A stretch of DNA of 64,000 nucleotides from Eubacteriales bacterium (GCA_045644325.1 JAZRGT010000010.1:48596-112595); one strand, 5' to 3'. Shown: positions 1 to 8,980, counted from the stretch's first letter. Program-made: numbers and translations. The notes: generated by a model not told the origin, from the sequence alone.

Positions 1-72
1 ATCGTTTTCGTTGTAATTGTAAGATCTCTTGCGTTCAAGAGATGCAAAAAGCACTTAAATCATGCCAAGAGA

Positions 73-381
73 ATGCAAAAGGCAGCTAAATATCTTGAAA
101 ACGTAGTTTATGATGAAAATACGGATATATATCCTTTCGGCTCCTTACTTAATACTAAGAATCCGATAATCTTCCCTATTTTTGTCGGTGTAATAATAAC
201 GGTTTCGATTCTGATTTTGCAAAGGCTTTATGCCGATTTCGTGATGATAGGCATGCCCTCCTCTTTCTATGAGGTTTTAGAAATTATAATATCTTATATT
301 TCCGATGTCATTTTGGGGGTCATCGGTTATATAGCGGCTTATTATGCGGCGGTTTACATTTTTATTAAGAAAACAAATTAA
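73..381 (+). CDS. hypothetical small membrane protein
   Basis: 102-aa ORF with two hydrophobic helices (IIFPIFVGVIITVSILILQ; VILGVIGYIAAYYAAVYIFI). No family motif recognised and the RBS is weak. Confidence 0.35.
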   Translation: MQKAAKYLENVVYDENTDIYPFGSLLNTKNPIIFPIFVGVIITVSILILQRLYADFVMIGMPSSFYEVLEIIISYISDVILGVIGYIAAYYAAVYIFIKKTN

Positions 382-405
382 ATATAATAAAGGATGGTAT
401 TACTT

Positions 406-1212
406 ATGAACACAACTTGGCTTGAACTTGATGGTAAAACTGTTATCGTGACCGGTGGTGCATCCGGTATCGGTTATGCTACCGTTACTGAATTTCTTGC
501 AGACGGGGCTAACGTAGTCGTTGCAGATATGAATCCCGTTGCGCCTGAATTCGAAAAGGCAGCAGGCGATTACATATACGTTCCTTGTGACGTCACAAAG
601 AAGGCGGATATTGATAACGTAATCGCTAAAGCAATAGAAAAATACGGAAGAATCGACGTACTTGTAAACAACGCAGGCATCAATATTCCGAGACTTCTCG
701 TTGATCCCGGTCAGCAATACGAGCTTGATGAGGCTGTATGGGATAAGGTAATGAATGTTAACGTAAAAGGCCTCTTCCTTATGACTCAGGCAGCTGCCCG
801 CGTTATGGTCGCACAGGGAAAAGGAGTTATCATCAACGTTTCCTCCGAGTGCGGTCTTGAGGGCTCCGAAGGTCAGAGCGTTTACGCCGCTTCAAAGAAT
901 GCCGTAAACTCTCTCACACGTTCTTGGGCGAAGGAACTCGGCAGACTCGGCGTAAAGGTTGTCGGTATTGCTCCCGGCATTCTTGAAGCAACCGGTCTCC
1001 GCACCCTTTCTTATGAAACTGCTCTTGCATACACTCGCGGTATCACAATTGAACAGCTGCGCGCGGGATATTCCAAGACAAGCACAACACCTCTCGGACG
1101 TTCCGGCAAGCTTTCCGAGGTAGCATCTTCTATCGCCTTCCTCGCGTCCGAACGCTCCGCGTATATCCACGGCACAACGATCAATATTGCCGGCGGCAAG
1201 ACCAGAGGTTAA
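406..1212 (+). CDS. short-chain dehydrogenase/reductase (SDR) family oxidoreductase
   Basis: Rossmann motif TGGASGIG, NNAG, and catalytic Ser plus YAASK (YxxxK). ATG 406 is preferred to the track start 394 because the AAGGA box overlaps 394 and sits about 8-12 nt before 406. Confidence 0.85.
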   Translation: MNTTWLELDGKTVIVTGGASGIGYATVTEFLADGANVVVADMNPVAPEFEKAAGDYIYVPCDVTKKADIDNVIAKAIEKYGRIDVLVNNAGINIPRLLVDPGQQYELDEAVWDKVMNVNVKGLFLMTQAAARVMVAQGKGVIINVSSECGLEGSEGQSVYAASKNAVNSLTRSWAKELGRLGVKVVGIAPGILEATGLRTLSYETALAYTRGITIEQLRAGYSKTSTTPLGRSGKLSEVASSIAFLASERSAYIHGTTINIAGGKTRG

Positions 1213-1225
1213 TTTTAATACTAAA

Positions 1226-1262
1226 AACAACAGCAACAGCTCTCGCTTTGCTGTTGTTTTTT
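1226..1262 (+). terminator. rho-independent terminator after the SDR gene
   Basis: 11-bp stem aacaacagcaa/ttgctgttgtt followed by a T-run. Confidence 0.7.
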
Positions 1263-1303
1263 GATGAAATATACTGTTAATTGTAAAATTAATATATTTT
1301 CTA

Positions 1304-1332
1304 TTGACCTGATGCGAATATTGTAGTATAAT
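1304..1332 (+). promoter_or_regulatory. sigma-A type promoter
   Basis: TTGACC, 17-nt spacer, TATAAT, read directly from the sequence. Confidence 0.6.
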
Positions 1333-1364
1333 TAACTATGAATAATCTCGATCGGAGTACATTT

Positions 1365-3026
1365 ATGAAAAATATATCTTTTAATAAAATTATAGCGGTC
1401 ATTATTGGTCTTGTAGTATTATTTATTCCTACATATATCGCCGTAGCGTCTTATAAATCCGAAAAACCTCATATACCCGATACTACCGATAACGACACAA
1501 CTTTGACAATTCAGGATCCCGAGGGAAGAACATTCGTTATAACCTCTGACAACGATCCAAACGGAGTTATCGCTATGTTCAATAACATCAATCAAAGCGG
1601 ATCTCCCGTCGCTTCTTTACCCGATACGATTTCAGGGTCTGAATTTCTTCTTGTAACTTACTCTAAGCTTGACCAAGAGACCTCTTATAAGTATTACTTC
1701 TCTACCGATTCTTCTAAATGCTATTATGCAGACGCAATGGGCAAGATATTTAAGATTGCCGTTGTTCAAGCCAAACTGTTTTTAGGATCACAGTATTCGG
1801 TATATCTTTATAAAACCGCAATGCCCCCCGTTCTTACCGCGAACGTTGATAAAACAATTAACGCTGCTGAGCTCAATTGGTATTATCTCGTTTCGGGAGG
1901 TACTTACCAACAGTTTGATTTCACTCCCGAAGAAAACGAGCAGTTAACTTACACTGTCAACGATAACTTCTCCTTTAATTTTAATATAGTTCCCTCTGAT
2001 TCAAATCTTAAGGTCTTGAACGGTGATGAACTGCTCTATGATGGTTCGCTCGATTCTCTCAGCCAGCTTCCATTATCAAGAAACGCAATTTTAAAATTTA
2101 TTATCTCCGCTTCCTGGGAGCAAACTAACGAATGTCAGTATTACGGTACGGCAAGCTATATATTTGACGCGCTCGTTATCGCTCCCGCAGAATTTAAAAT
2201 CGGAGAGGATGAGATCGAACACGGCGACGTTTTGGTCCTTTCGGGTGTAAACGTTGTCAACCCCGAAGACATTTCCGTGACCTTTGAGCCCGCGTTACCC
2301 AATAATTACACTCCTATTTTCTTTACAGAAGGTAACTACGTGCACGCGCTTATCCCCTTTAGCTATGACGTTCCTAACGGTATGTATCAAATTACCGTAT
2401 CATACGGATCAACTACTCAGAAATTCCTTCTTAACGTAACCGATTCAAGATACGGATTCAATAAAGCTCCCTCAAATTCAAGTGCAAGCGAATCCCTTAT
2501 CTCGACTTTCTACAGCGAAGAAGATATTAACGATTATAATAACATTAAATCCGAAATCGTAAAGTCAACAGAAACTCTCAAATATTTCTCAGGCGCTTTT
2601 ATTAACTATGAAAATGCCGGCACGCTGACTTCAAAGAAATCTACTATTAAGCTTGGATTCACCCGCGAGCAAACTCTCAAGGACGGAAGAACATTTAAGC
2701 ACATGGGCATTGACTTTGAGGTTGCATCCGGAGTAGATGTTCCTGCGATGTCAAGCGGCAAGGTGGCTTATACGGGATTTTGCGACGTATTAGGAAATTT
2801 CGTAGTTTTGGATCACGGTTACGGTCTTAAGACTTGGTACGCTCACCTCAGCGAAATTTCAGTTTCTGCAGGTGACATTGTTCGTACTTCTCAATCAGTC
2901 GGAAGAACAGGCAGCACGGGATTTATTACAGAAAACAGACTTCACGTGGAATTTACCGTATTTGATATCCCCGTCGCCCCCTTCTCTATTTGGGACGAAG
3001 GAATCATCTTCCCTGATTTTAACTAA
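1365..3026 (+). CDS. membrane-anchored M23/LytM-domain peptidase family protein
   Basis: C-terminal M23 motifs HMGIDF (HxxxD), WYAHLS and RLHVEF. N-terminal TM anchor IIAVIIGLVVLFIPTYIAV. Start moved to ATG 1365 (GGAG 7 nt upstream) because the track ATG 1338 lies only 5 nt after the -10 box. Confidence 0.8.
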   Translation: MKNISFNKIIAVIIGLVVLFIPTYIAVASYKSEKPHIPDTTDNDTTLTIQDPEGRTFVITSDNDPNGVIAMFNNINQSGSPVASLPDTISGSEFLLVTYSKLDQETSYKYYFSTDSSKCYYADAMGKIFKIAVVQAKLFLGSQYSVYLYKTAMPPVLTANVDKTINAAELNWYYLVSGGTYQQFDFTPEENEQLTYTVNDNFSFNFNIVPSDSNLKVLNGDELLYDGSLDSLSQLPLSRNAILKFIISASWEQTNECQYYGTASYIFDALVIAPAEFKIGEDEIEHGDVLVLSGVNVVNPEDISVTFEPALPNNYTPIFFTEGNYVHALIPFSYDVPNGMYQITVSYGSTTQKFLLNVTDSRYGFNKAPSNSSASESLISTFYSEEDINDYNNIKSEIVKSTETLKYFSGAFINYENAGTLTSKKSTIKLGFTREQTLKDGRTFKHMGIDFEVASGVDVPAMSSGKVAYTGFCDVLGNFVVLDHGYGLKTWYAHLSEISVSAGDIVRTSQSVGRTGSTGFITENRLHVEFTVFDIPVAPFSIWDEGIIFPDFN

Positions 3027-3033
3027 AAATTCA

Positions 3034-3067
3034 ATCCGGATACAAATTTTTTGTATCCGGATTTTTC
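3034..3067 (+). terminator. rho-independent terminator after the M23 gene
   Basis: Stem atccggatacaa/ttgtatccggat followed by ttttc. Confidence 0.75.
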
Positions 3068-3117
3068 TAATTAACGCTTGCACATTGTGAACTATTTGTG
3101 AATTGTTCAAAAACATC

Positions 3118-3146
3118 TTGACAACAAGAACGATTTGTGATATTAT
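3118..3146 (+). promoter_or_regulatory. sigma-A type promoter of the T-box operon
   Basis: TTGACA (3118-3123), exact 17-nt spacer, TATTAT (3141-3146). Confidence 0.7.
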
Positions 3147-3164
3147 TTATATATATTTTAATAC

Positions 3165-3420
3165 AAAGGCATTGATCGGGATAGCGTGAAATAAGGATGT
3201 TACAGAGAGCCGTTGTCAGGTGAAAAACGGTACGGACTGTTTCGCGCAAGTCACTCGGGAGCCGAGGAAAAGAAAGCTGATTTCAGCCGTAGAATTCCTC
3301 CGTATGACTGCGTTAAAGTCTATAATAAGCGGCGCACACGCGCAATTTGAGTGGTACCGCGGGTTATGAATTTTCGTTCAGCTCGTCTCAAGATTTTTCT
3401 TGGGGCGAGCTTGCTTTTTT
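3165..3420 (+). promoter_or_regulatory. T-box leader (tRNA-sensing transcription attenuator), probable valine specifier
   Basis: AG box AGAGAG (3204-3209). Distal loop with GGTGAAA. Conserved T-box sequence AATTTGAGTGGTACCGCG (3344-3361). Terminator hairpin gctcgtctcaag/cttggggcgagc (3381-3410) plus T-run (to 3420). The Stem I layout can be aligned to the B. subtilis glyQS leader. Confidence 0.85.
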
Positions 3421-3429
3421 GGAGGTAAA

Positions 3430-5712
3430 ATGAACAGCATTTACGAAATTGACAAACAAATCAAAGCGATGGCGGGCAGAATTGCCGCGCTACGCGAAAT
3501 AGAAGGATATACAGCCGAATATATGGCCGAACGCACAGGTGTTACCGTTTCGGAATATCTCGATTGCGAGGCGGGTCGCGCAGACCTCACCTTTGCCTTT
3601 CTCTTCCGCTGTGCTTCGGCGCTCGGAATCGACGTTACCGAAATTATTGAAGGTACTGCGCCGAGATTGAAATCCTATACGCTTACGCGCAAAGGCAAAG
3701 GTCAGCGTATCGAGCAGGCACACGGAATGACCTATTACAATATCGCTCATTCCTTTGCCGACAGAACCTCGAACCCCCTTTACGTCCACTGCGAGTATTC
3801 CGCTAAGGCAGAGGAAAGTCCCATTGCCGTTACTTCTCACGAAGGTCAGGAATGTGACATTGTAATCAAAGGTAAGCTCAAGGTACAGATAGGCGAGCAT
3901 ACAGAAATCCTCGAGGAAGGTGACAGCATTTATTATAACAGCTCCACTCCTCATGGAATGATCGCACTCGGAGGCGAGGATTGTTATTTCTATGCAATCG
4001 TTCTTCTCCCCGACGAGAACAAAGAATCTGCATCCACAGTTAAGATCGAAGCCGCTCCCGCCAAAAAGCGAGATACCGAGGCGCGTGTTTACAACAAGTT
4101 TATCACCACCGAAGAGGATGAATTCGGCGCACCTCTTTCGATCACTTATAAAGGCGAAAACAGCTTCAACTTTGCATACGATGTAGTTGACGCTCTCGGC
4201 AGAACCAAGCCCGATAAGCTTGCTATGATGCATATCGGTGAAGACGGAACAGAGACGCGCATTACCTTTGCTCAGATGAAAAGAGCAAGCGCACAGTGTG
4301 CAAACTACTTCAAGTCGCTTGGCATCAAGCGTGGCGACAGAGTTATGCTAGTTCTCAAGCGCAGATACCAATTTTGGTACGCTATGATTGCGCTTCACAA
4401 GCTTGGAGCTATCGCTATTCCAGCCACCAATCAGCTTAAGACGCATGACTACGAATACAGATTCAAAACTGCGGGAGTTAAAGCAATTATTTGCGTTAAT
4501 GACGATTACGTCATCGAGCAGACAGAAGAGGCTCTCGTGACCAATCCCGACGTTGCTATCAAGATCCTTGTTGGCGGCGAGCGTGACGGTTGGAGAAACT
4601 TCAACGAAGAGTACACCCTCTTCAGCAGTCACTTTGACAGAACCGATGATTCGCCTTGCGGTGATGATCCCATGCTTATGTACTTCACCTCGGGTACATC
4701 AGGTTATCCCAAGATTGCGCTTCACAATTACAAATATCCTCTCGGACATTTCCATACCGCAAAATATTGGCATTGCGTAAATCCCGACGGTCTCCACCTC
4801 ACGATTTCGGATACCGGTTGGGCAAAAGCAATGTGGGGTAAGCTCTACGGTCAGTGGCTCTGCGAAGCAGCTATCTTCGTATACGACTTCGATAGATTTG
4901 ATGCAGCAAAGATTCTTCCTCTCTTCAGAAAGTACAATATTACTACTTTCTGTGCACCTCCCACAATGTACAGAATGATCATTAAGGAAGATCTTTCCAA
5001 ATACGACCTCAGCTCTATCGAGCATGCGACCATCGCGGGCGAAGCGCTCAACCCCGAGGTATTTCGTCAATTTGAGAAGCAGACCGGTCTTAAGATAATG
5101 GAAGGATTCGGTCAAAGCGAAACAACTCTTGTTATCGGTAATCTTGCCGGAAGATCTCACAAGATCGGTTCTATGGGCAAGCCCGTTCCTACCTACAACG
5201 TTGATCTCTTTGATCCAGAGGGCAACACAGTCGGCATCGGTACTCCCGGTGAGATCGTTATTCATACCGAAAACGGCGCACCTTGCGGTCTCTTCTGTCA
5301 GTATTATAATGACGTCGAAAAGACCTCAGAGGTTTGGCACGACGGCATTTATCACACGGGCGACCTTGCTTGGCGTGATGAGGACGGATTCTTCTGGTAC
5401 GTTGGACGTGCAGATGACGTAATCAAGTCCTCCGGATACCGCATCGGCCCGTTCGAAATCGAAAGCGTTATTATGGAGCTTCCTTACGTTCTCGAATGCG
5501 GTGTATCCGCAGCCCCTGATGAGATCAGAGGTCAGATCGTCAAGGCAAGCATTGTCCTTACCAAGGGAACGGTGCCTTCGGATGAGCTCAAGAAGGATAT
5601 CCAGAATTACGTCAAGAAGCGCACCGCGCCTTACAAATATCCGAGACTCGTTGAATTCAAAACAGAGCTCCCCAAGACGACCAGCGGAAAGATTATCCGC
5701 AGTAAGCTTTAA
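3430..5712 (+). CDS. XRE-HTH / cupin / AMP-forming acyl-CoA synthetase fusion protein (medium- or branched-chain acyl-CoA synthetase type)
   Basis: N-terminal HTH (YTAEYMAERTGVTVSEYLDCEAG). Cupin core (SHEGQECDIVIKGKL...GDSIYYNSSTPHG). Adenylation motifs YFTSGTSGYPK, GFGQSETT, YHTGD, GRADDVIKSSGYRIGPFEIES and PKTTSGKIIR. The true start is ATG 3430 behind GGAGG (3421-3425); the track start 3400 lies inside the T-box terminator. Confidence 0.85.
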   Translation: MNSIYEIDKQIKAMAGRIAALREIEGYTAEYMAERTGVTVSEYLDCEAGRADLTFAFLFRCASALGIDVTEIIEGTAPRLKSYTLTRKGKGQRIEQAHGMTYYNIAHSFADRTSNPLYVHCEYSAKAEESPIAVTSHEGQECDIVIKGKLKVQIGEHTEILEEGDSIYYNSSTPHGMIALGGEDCYFYAIVLLPDENKESASTVKIEAAPAKKRDTEARVYNKFITTEEDEFGAPLSITYKGENSFNFAYDVVDALGRTKPDKLAMMHIGEDGTETRITFAQMKRASAQCANYFKSLGIKRGDRVMLVLKRRYQFWYAMIALHKLGAIAIPATNQLKTHDYEYRFKTAGVKAIICVNDDYVIEQTEEALVTNPDVAIKILVGGERDGWRNFNEEYTLFSSHFDRTDDSPCGDDPMLMYFTSGTSGYPKIALHNYKYPLGHFHTAKYWHCVNPDGLHLTISDTGWAKAMWGKLYGQWLCEAAIFVYDFDRFDAAKILPLFRKYNITTFCAPPTMYRMIIKEDLSKYDLSSIEHATIAGEALNPEVFRQFEKQTGLKIMEGFGQSETTLVIGNLAGRSHKIGSMGKPVPTYNVDLFDPEGNTVGIGTPGEIVIHTENGAPCGLFCQYYNDVEKTSEVWHDGIYHTGDLAWRDEDGFFWYVGRADDVIKSSGYRIGPFEIESVIMELPYVLECGVSAAPDEIRGQIVKASIVLTKGTVPSDELKKDIQNYVKKRTAPYKYPRLVEFKTELPKTTSGKIIRSKL

Positions 5713-5714
5713 TT

Positions 5715-6389
5715 ATGGAAACCAAACGATTAACCCTATTTGCGGGTCATTACGGCAGCGGCAAAACGAACGTCGCCTTGAATTACGCCTTTAATTTGCG
5801 TAAGCAGGGATACGATACCGTCATCGCCGATATTGATACTGTAAATCCGTATTTCAGAACAAAAGACAGCGCAGCAGAGCTTAAGGAAGCAGGAATAGAT
5901 CTGATAGCCTCCGAATTTGCGGGGTCCAACGTCGACCTTCCTGCTCTTCCGGCGGCAATGTACGATATTATATTTCAGTCGGAAAAATACGCAGTAATTG
6001 ATATCGGAGGTGACGATCGAGGTGCATTCGCACTCGGAAGATATACACCCGAAATACTGCGAGAAAACAATTACAATATGCTGATGGTCATTAATATGTA
6101 CCGTCCGCTGACTTCCACGCCCGAAGACACCGTTGAGATCCTAAAAGAAATCGAGGCGGCTTCCGGAATACCTTTCAACGGACTTGTGAACAACTCAAAT
6201 TTAGGTCCCTCAACAGATATCGAGACAATAGAATCGTCTTTAGCGTATGCTAAAAAAGTTTCGGAGCTTTCCGGACTGCCTATCGTAGCAACGAGTTGTC
6301 CCGATAGTGATGTGTTTTCAACCTTTGAGGGATTCGGAAACGAATACGGCGAAGTTATCAAACTCAAACTCCAAAACAAAATCATATAA
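5715..6389 (+). CDS. P-loop NTPase (MinD/ParA/CooC-like superfamily), function unknown
   Basis: Walker A GHYGSGKT near the N-terminus and a Walker-B-like VIDIGGDD. It starts 2 nt after the synthetase stop codon. Confidence 0.55.
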   Translation: METKRLTLFAGHYGSGKTNVALNYAFNLRKQGYDTVIADIDTVNPYFRTKDSAAELKEAGIDLIASEFAGSNVDLPALPAAMYDIIFQSEKYAVIDIGGDDRGAFALGRYTPEILRENNYNMLMVINMYRPLTSTPEDTVEILKEIEAASGIPFNGLVNNSNLGPSTDIETIESSLAYAKKVSELSGLPIVATSCPDSDVFSTFEGFGNEYGEVIKLKLQNKII

Positions 6390-6400
6390 GGAGAACAGAA

Positions 6401-6607
6401 ATGGCAAAATTAACTTTTAACATTGAAAAATGCAAGGGCTGCGGACTTTGCGTATCTGCTTGCCCCAAGCACTTGCTCATAGTGTCTAAATCCAAGATCA
6501 ACCAGAAGGGACATTACGTTGCTGAAATCACCGATATGGAATCCTGTATCGGATGCGCATTCTGCGCTACTATGTGTCCCGATTGCATAATCAAGGTAGA
6601 AAAGTAA
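6401..6607 (+). CDS. 2-oxoacid:ferredoxin oxidoreductase delta subunit (2x[4Fe-4S] ferredoxin)
   Basis: Two CxxCxxCxxxCP motifs (CKGCGLCVSACP; CIGCAFCATMCP). AAGGAG RBS. Confidence 0.85.
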   Translation: MAKLTFNIEKCKGCGLCVSACPKHLLIVSKSKINQKGHYVAEITDMESCIGCAFCATMCPDCIIKVEK

Positions 6608-6619
6608 GGAGAAATTAAA

Positions 6620-7678
6620 ATGGCTGATAAAGTTTTAATGAAGGGCAACGAAGCCATAGCTGAAGCGGCTATAATGGCAGGTTGCAGACACTATTTTGGA
6701 TACCCCATTACTCCTCAGACCGAAATTGCCGCTTATATGGCTAAGAGAATGCCTAAGATCGGCGGTACCTTCCTTCAGGCTGAGAGCGAAGTTGCGGCTA
6801 TTAATATGGTTATAGGCGTTGCTGCTGCAGGAAAAAGAGTAATGACCTCGAGCTCCAGCCCCGGAATCTCGCTGAAGGCTGAAGGTATTTCCTACCTCGC
6901 AGGATGCGACCTTCCCGCACTCATCATCAACGTTCAGCGCGGCGGCCCCGGTCTCGGCGGCATTCAGCCCTCGCAGTCCGACTATTTCCAGGCAACAAAG
7001 GGTGGCGGACACGGTGATTTCAGAAACATCGTTCTCGCTCCCGCTTCAGTTCAGGAAATGGCAGATCTCACTGTCAAGGGATTTGATCTTGCTGACAAAT
7101 ACAGAATGGTAGCAATGATCCTCGCTGGCGGTACTATGGGTCAGATGATGGAGCCCGTTTCTCTTGATGTTTCCGAGCAGGCTACATACGAGAAGCCTTG
7201 GGCTGTTACTGGCACCAAGCTCGAGCGCAAGCACAATATCGTGAACTCTCTCTCTCTCGTTCCCGAGGAGCTTGAGCGTTTCAATTTCGAAAGATACAAC
7301 AAATATAAGACTATTGAAGAGAATGAAGTTCTTGTTGAAGAATATATGACAGAGGATGCAGATATCGTTCTCGTCGCTTACGGCATCGCGGCTCGCGTTT
7401 CCAAAAATGCAATCGCAGCAGCTCGCGCAGAAGGTATCAAGGTTGGTCTCGTTCGCCCCATCACTCTCTGGCCTTTCCCCAAAGCAACTCTTGAGAAGCT
7501 TTCGCACACAGCAAAAGCATTCATTTCAGTCGAAATGTCTATGGGTCAGATGATAGAGGATGTTGAGCTTGCAACCAGATGCCGCAAGCCCGTACTCCTC
7601 TGTAACCGTTCGGGCGGTATGATCCCCACTCCCGAGGCAGTTCTCGCTAAAATCAAAGAAGCAGGAGGTATTAACTAA
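6620..7678 (+). CDS. 2-oxoisovalerate-type 2-oxoacid:ferredoxin oxidoreductase alpha subunit (VorB-like)
   Basis: N-terminus MKGNEAIAEAAIMAGCRHYFGYPITPQTEI is typical of the alpha subunits. Gene order is delta-alpha-beta-gamma. Confidence 0.8.
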   Translation: MADKVLMKGNEAIAEAAIMAGCRHYFGYPITPQTEIAAYMAKRMPKIGGTFLQAESEVAAINMVIGVAAAGKRVMTSSSSPGISLKAEGISYLAGCDLPALIINVQRGGPGLGGIQPSQSDYFQATKGGGHGDFRNIVLAPASVQEMADLTVKGFDLADKYRMVAMILAGGTMGQMMEPVSLDVSEQATYEKPWAVTGTKLERKHNIVNSLSLVPEELERFNFERYNKYKTIEENEVLVEEYMTEDADIVLVAYGIAARVSKNAIAAARAEGIKVGLVRPITLWPFPKATLEKLSHTAKAFISVEMSMGQMIEDVELATRCRKPVLLCNRSGGMIPTPEAVLAKIKEAGGIN

Positions 7679-8421
7679 TGGTAGTTTTTGATAAACCGCA
7701 TGCGCTGACAGATGCACCTCTGCATTACTGTCCCGGATGCACACACGGCATCATCCACCGTCTCGTTGCTGAAGCAATTGATGAATTCGGCATCGAAGGT
7801 AAGACAATTGGTATCGCACCCGTTGGATGCTCGGTAATGGCATATAACTATTTTGCTTGCGATATGGTTCAGGCAGCTCACGGCCGCGCTCCGGCTGTTG
7901 CAACCGGCGTTAAGAGAGCTAATCCCGATAATATCGTATTTACATATCAGGGTGACGGCGACCTTGCTTCTATCGGTATGGCAGAAACCGTTCACGCTGC
8001 TACGAGAGGTGAGAATATCACCATAATCTTCGTTAATAATGCAATCTATGGAATGACCGGCGGTCAGATGGCTCCTACCTCTCTTCCCGGTCAGGTAACT
8101 CAGACCTCCCCTTACGGACGTGATATTAACTCCGCAGGCTACCCCATCAGAGTTTGCGAAATGCTTGCTCAGCTCGATGGCGCTGCTTATCTTGAACGAG
8201 TTGCCGTAAACAACGTAAAGAACGTTCGAAAAGCTAAAGCCGCAATCAAGAAGGCTTTCGAAAATCAGATCAACGGCGTAGGCTTCTCGCTTATTGAAGT
8301 AGTTTCGACTTGTCCTACCAACTGGGGACTTACCCCTGAGGGCGCGCTTCAGTTCGTTGAAGAAAAGATGATTCCTTATTACCCCCTCGGCGTATATAAG
8401 GATAAGACCAAGGAGGCGTAA
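7678..8421 (+). CDS. 2-oxoacid:ferredoxin oxidoreductase beta subunit (TPP-binding)
   Basis: CPGC Fe-S ligands and TPP motif YQGDGDLASIG...NNAIYGMTGGQ. The start overlaps the alpha stop (TAATG). Confidence 0.85.
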   Translation: MVVFDKPHALTDAPLHYCPGCTHGIIHRLVAEAIDEFGIEGKTIGIAPVGCSVMAYNYFACDMVQAAHGRAPAVATGVKRANPDNIVFTYQGDGDLASIGMAETVHAATRGENITIIFVNNAIYGMTGGQMAPTSLPGQVTQTSPYGRDINSAGYPIRVCEMLAQLDGAAYLERVAVNNVKNVRKAKAAIKKAFENQINGVGFSLIEVVSTCPTNWGLTPEGALQFVEEKMIPYYPLGVYKDKTKEA

Positions 8422-8423
8422 CG

Positions 8424-8960
8424 ATGAAGACTAATCAGATTTTGATTGCCGGCTTCGGCGGTCAGGGTGTCCTCTTCACCGGCAAAATGCTTGCATATAA
8501 GGGTATGTACGAGGGCAAGGAAGTAAGCTGGCTTCCTTCATATGGACCCGAAATGCGTGGCGGAACCGCTAACTGCAGCGTTATCCTCAGCGATACTCCC
8601 GTTGGATCGCCTATCGTATCCAATCCCGATATTCTTCTCGTAATGAACCTTCCTTCGCTTGATAAGTACGAAAATTCTGTACCCGCAGGAGGCAAGATTT
8701 TTGTAGATTCTACCTTTATCGAGCGCAAGGTCGAGAGAGACGACGTTGACGTATATTATATTCCCGCAACCAAAATTGCTTCTGACGCAGGCGTTCCCAC
8801 CCTTGCTAATATGGTTCTTCTCGGTAAGGTTATCAAAGAAACGGGTGTTATCAGCCTCGAAGGTATGAGAACAATGTTCGAAAAGATCATTTCCGCAAAG
8901 CGTCAGAACCTTATTGACACCAATCTCGCTACAATCGAACTCGGTTATAACTTTCAGTAA
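8424..8960 (+). CDS. 2-oxoacid:ferredoxin oxidoreductase gamma subunit
   Basis: GFGGQGV motif and a size of 178 aa typical of gamma subunits. AAGGAGG RBS. Confidence 0.8.
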   Translation: MKTNQILIAGFGGQGVLFTGKMLAYKGMYEGKEVSWLPSYGPEMRGGTANCSVILSDTPVGSPIVSNPDILLVMNLPSLDKYENSVPAGGKIFVDSTFIERKVERDDVDVYYIPATKIASDAGVPTLANMVLLGKVIKETGVISLEGMRTMFEKIISAKRQNLIDTNLATIELGYNFQ

Positions 8961-8980
8961 TAGAGAAAGGAACTGTTAAA

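Noticed and set aside
23-42. Small hairpin atctcttg/caagagat at the left edge of the window
   Set aside because: There is no T-run on either strand and the upstream context lies outside the window, so it cannot be interpreted.
3075-3117. Possible CodY-like box or inverted repeats (tgtgaa...ttgttcaaaaac) just upstream of the -35 of the T-box operon
   Set aside because: The best register matches only about 9 of 15 positions of AATTTTCWGAAAATT, which is too weak to call without a scoring matrix.
3400-3429. N-terminal extension of the synthetase ORF (track start at 3400)
   Set aside because: The extension starts on a TTG inside the 3' arm of the T-box terminator. A GGAGG box at 3421-3425 fits ATG 3430 instead.
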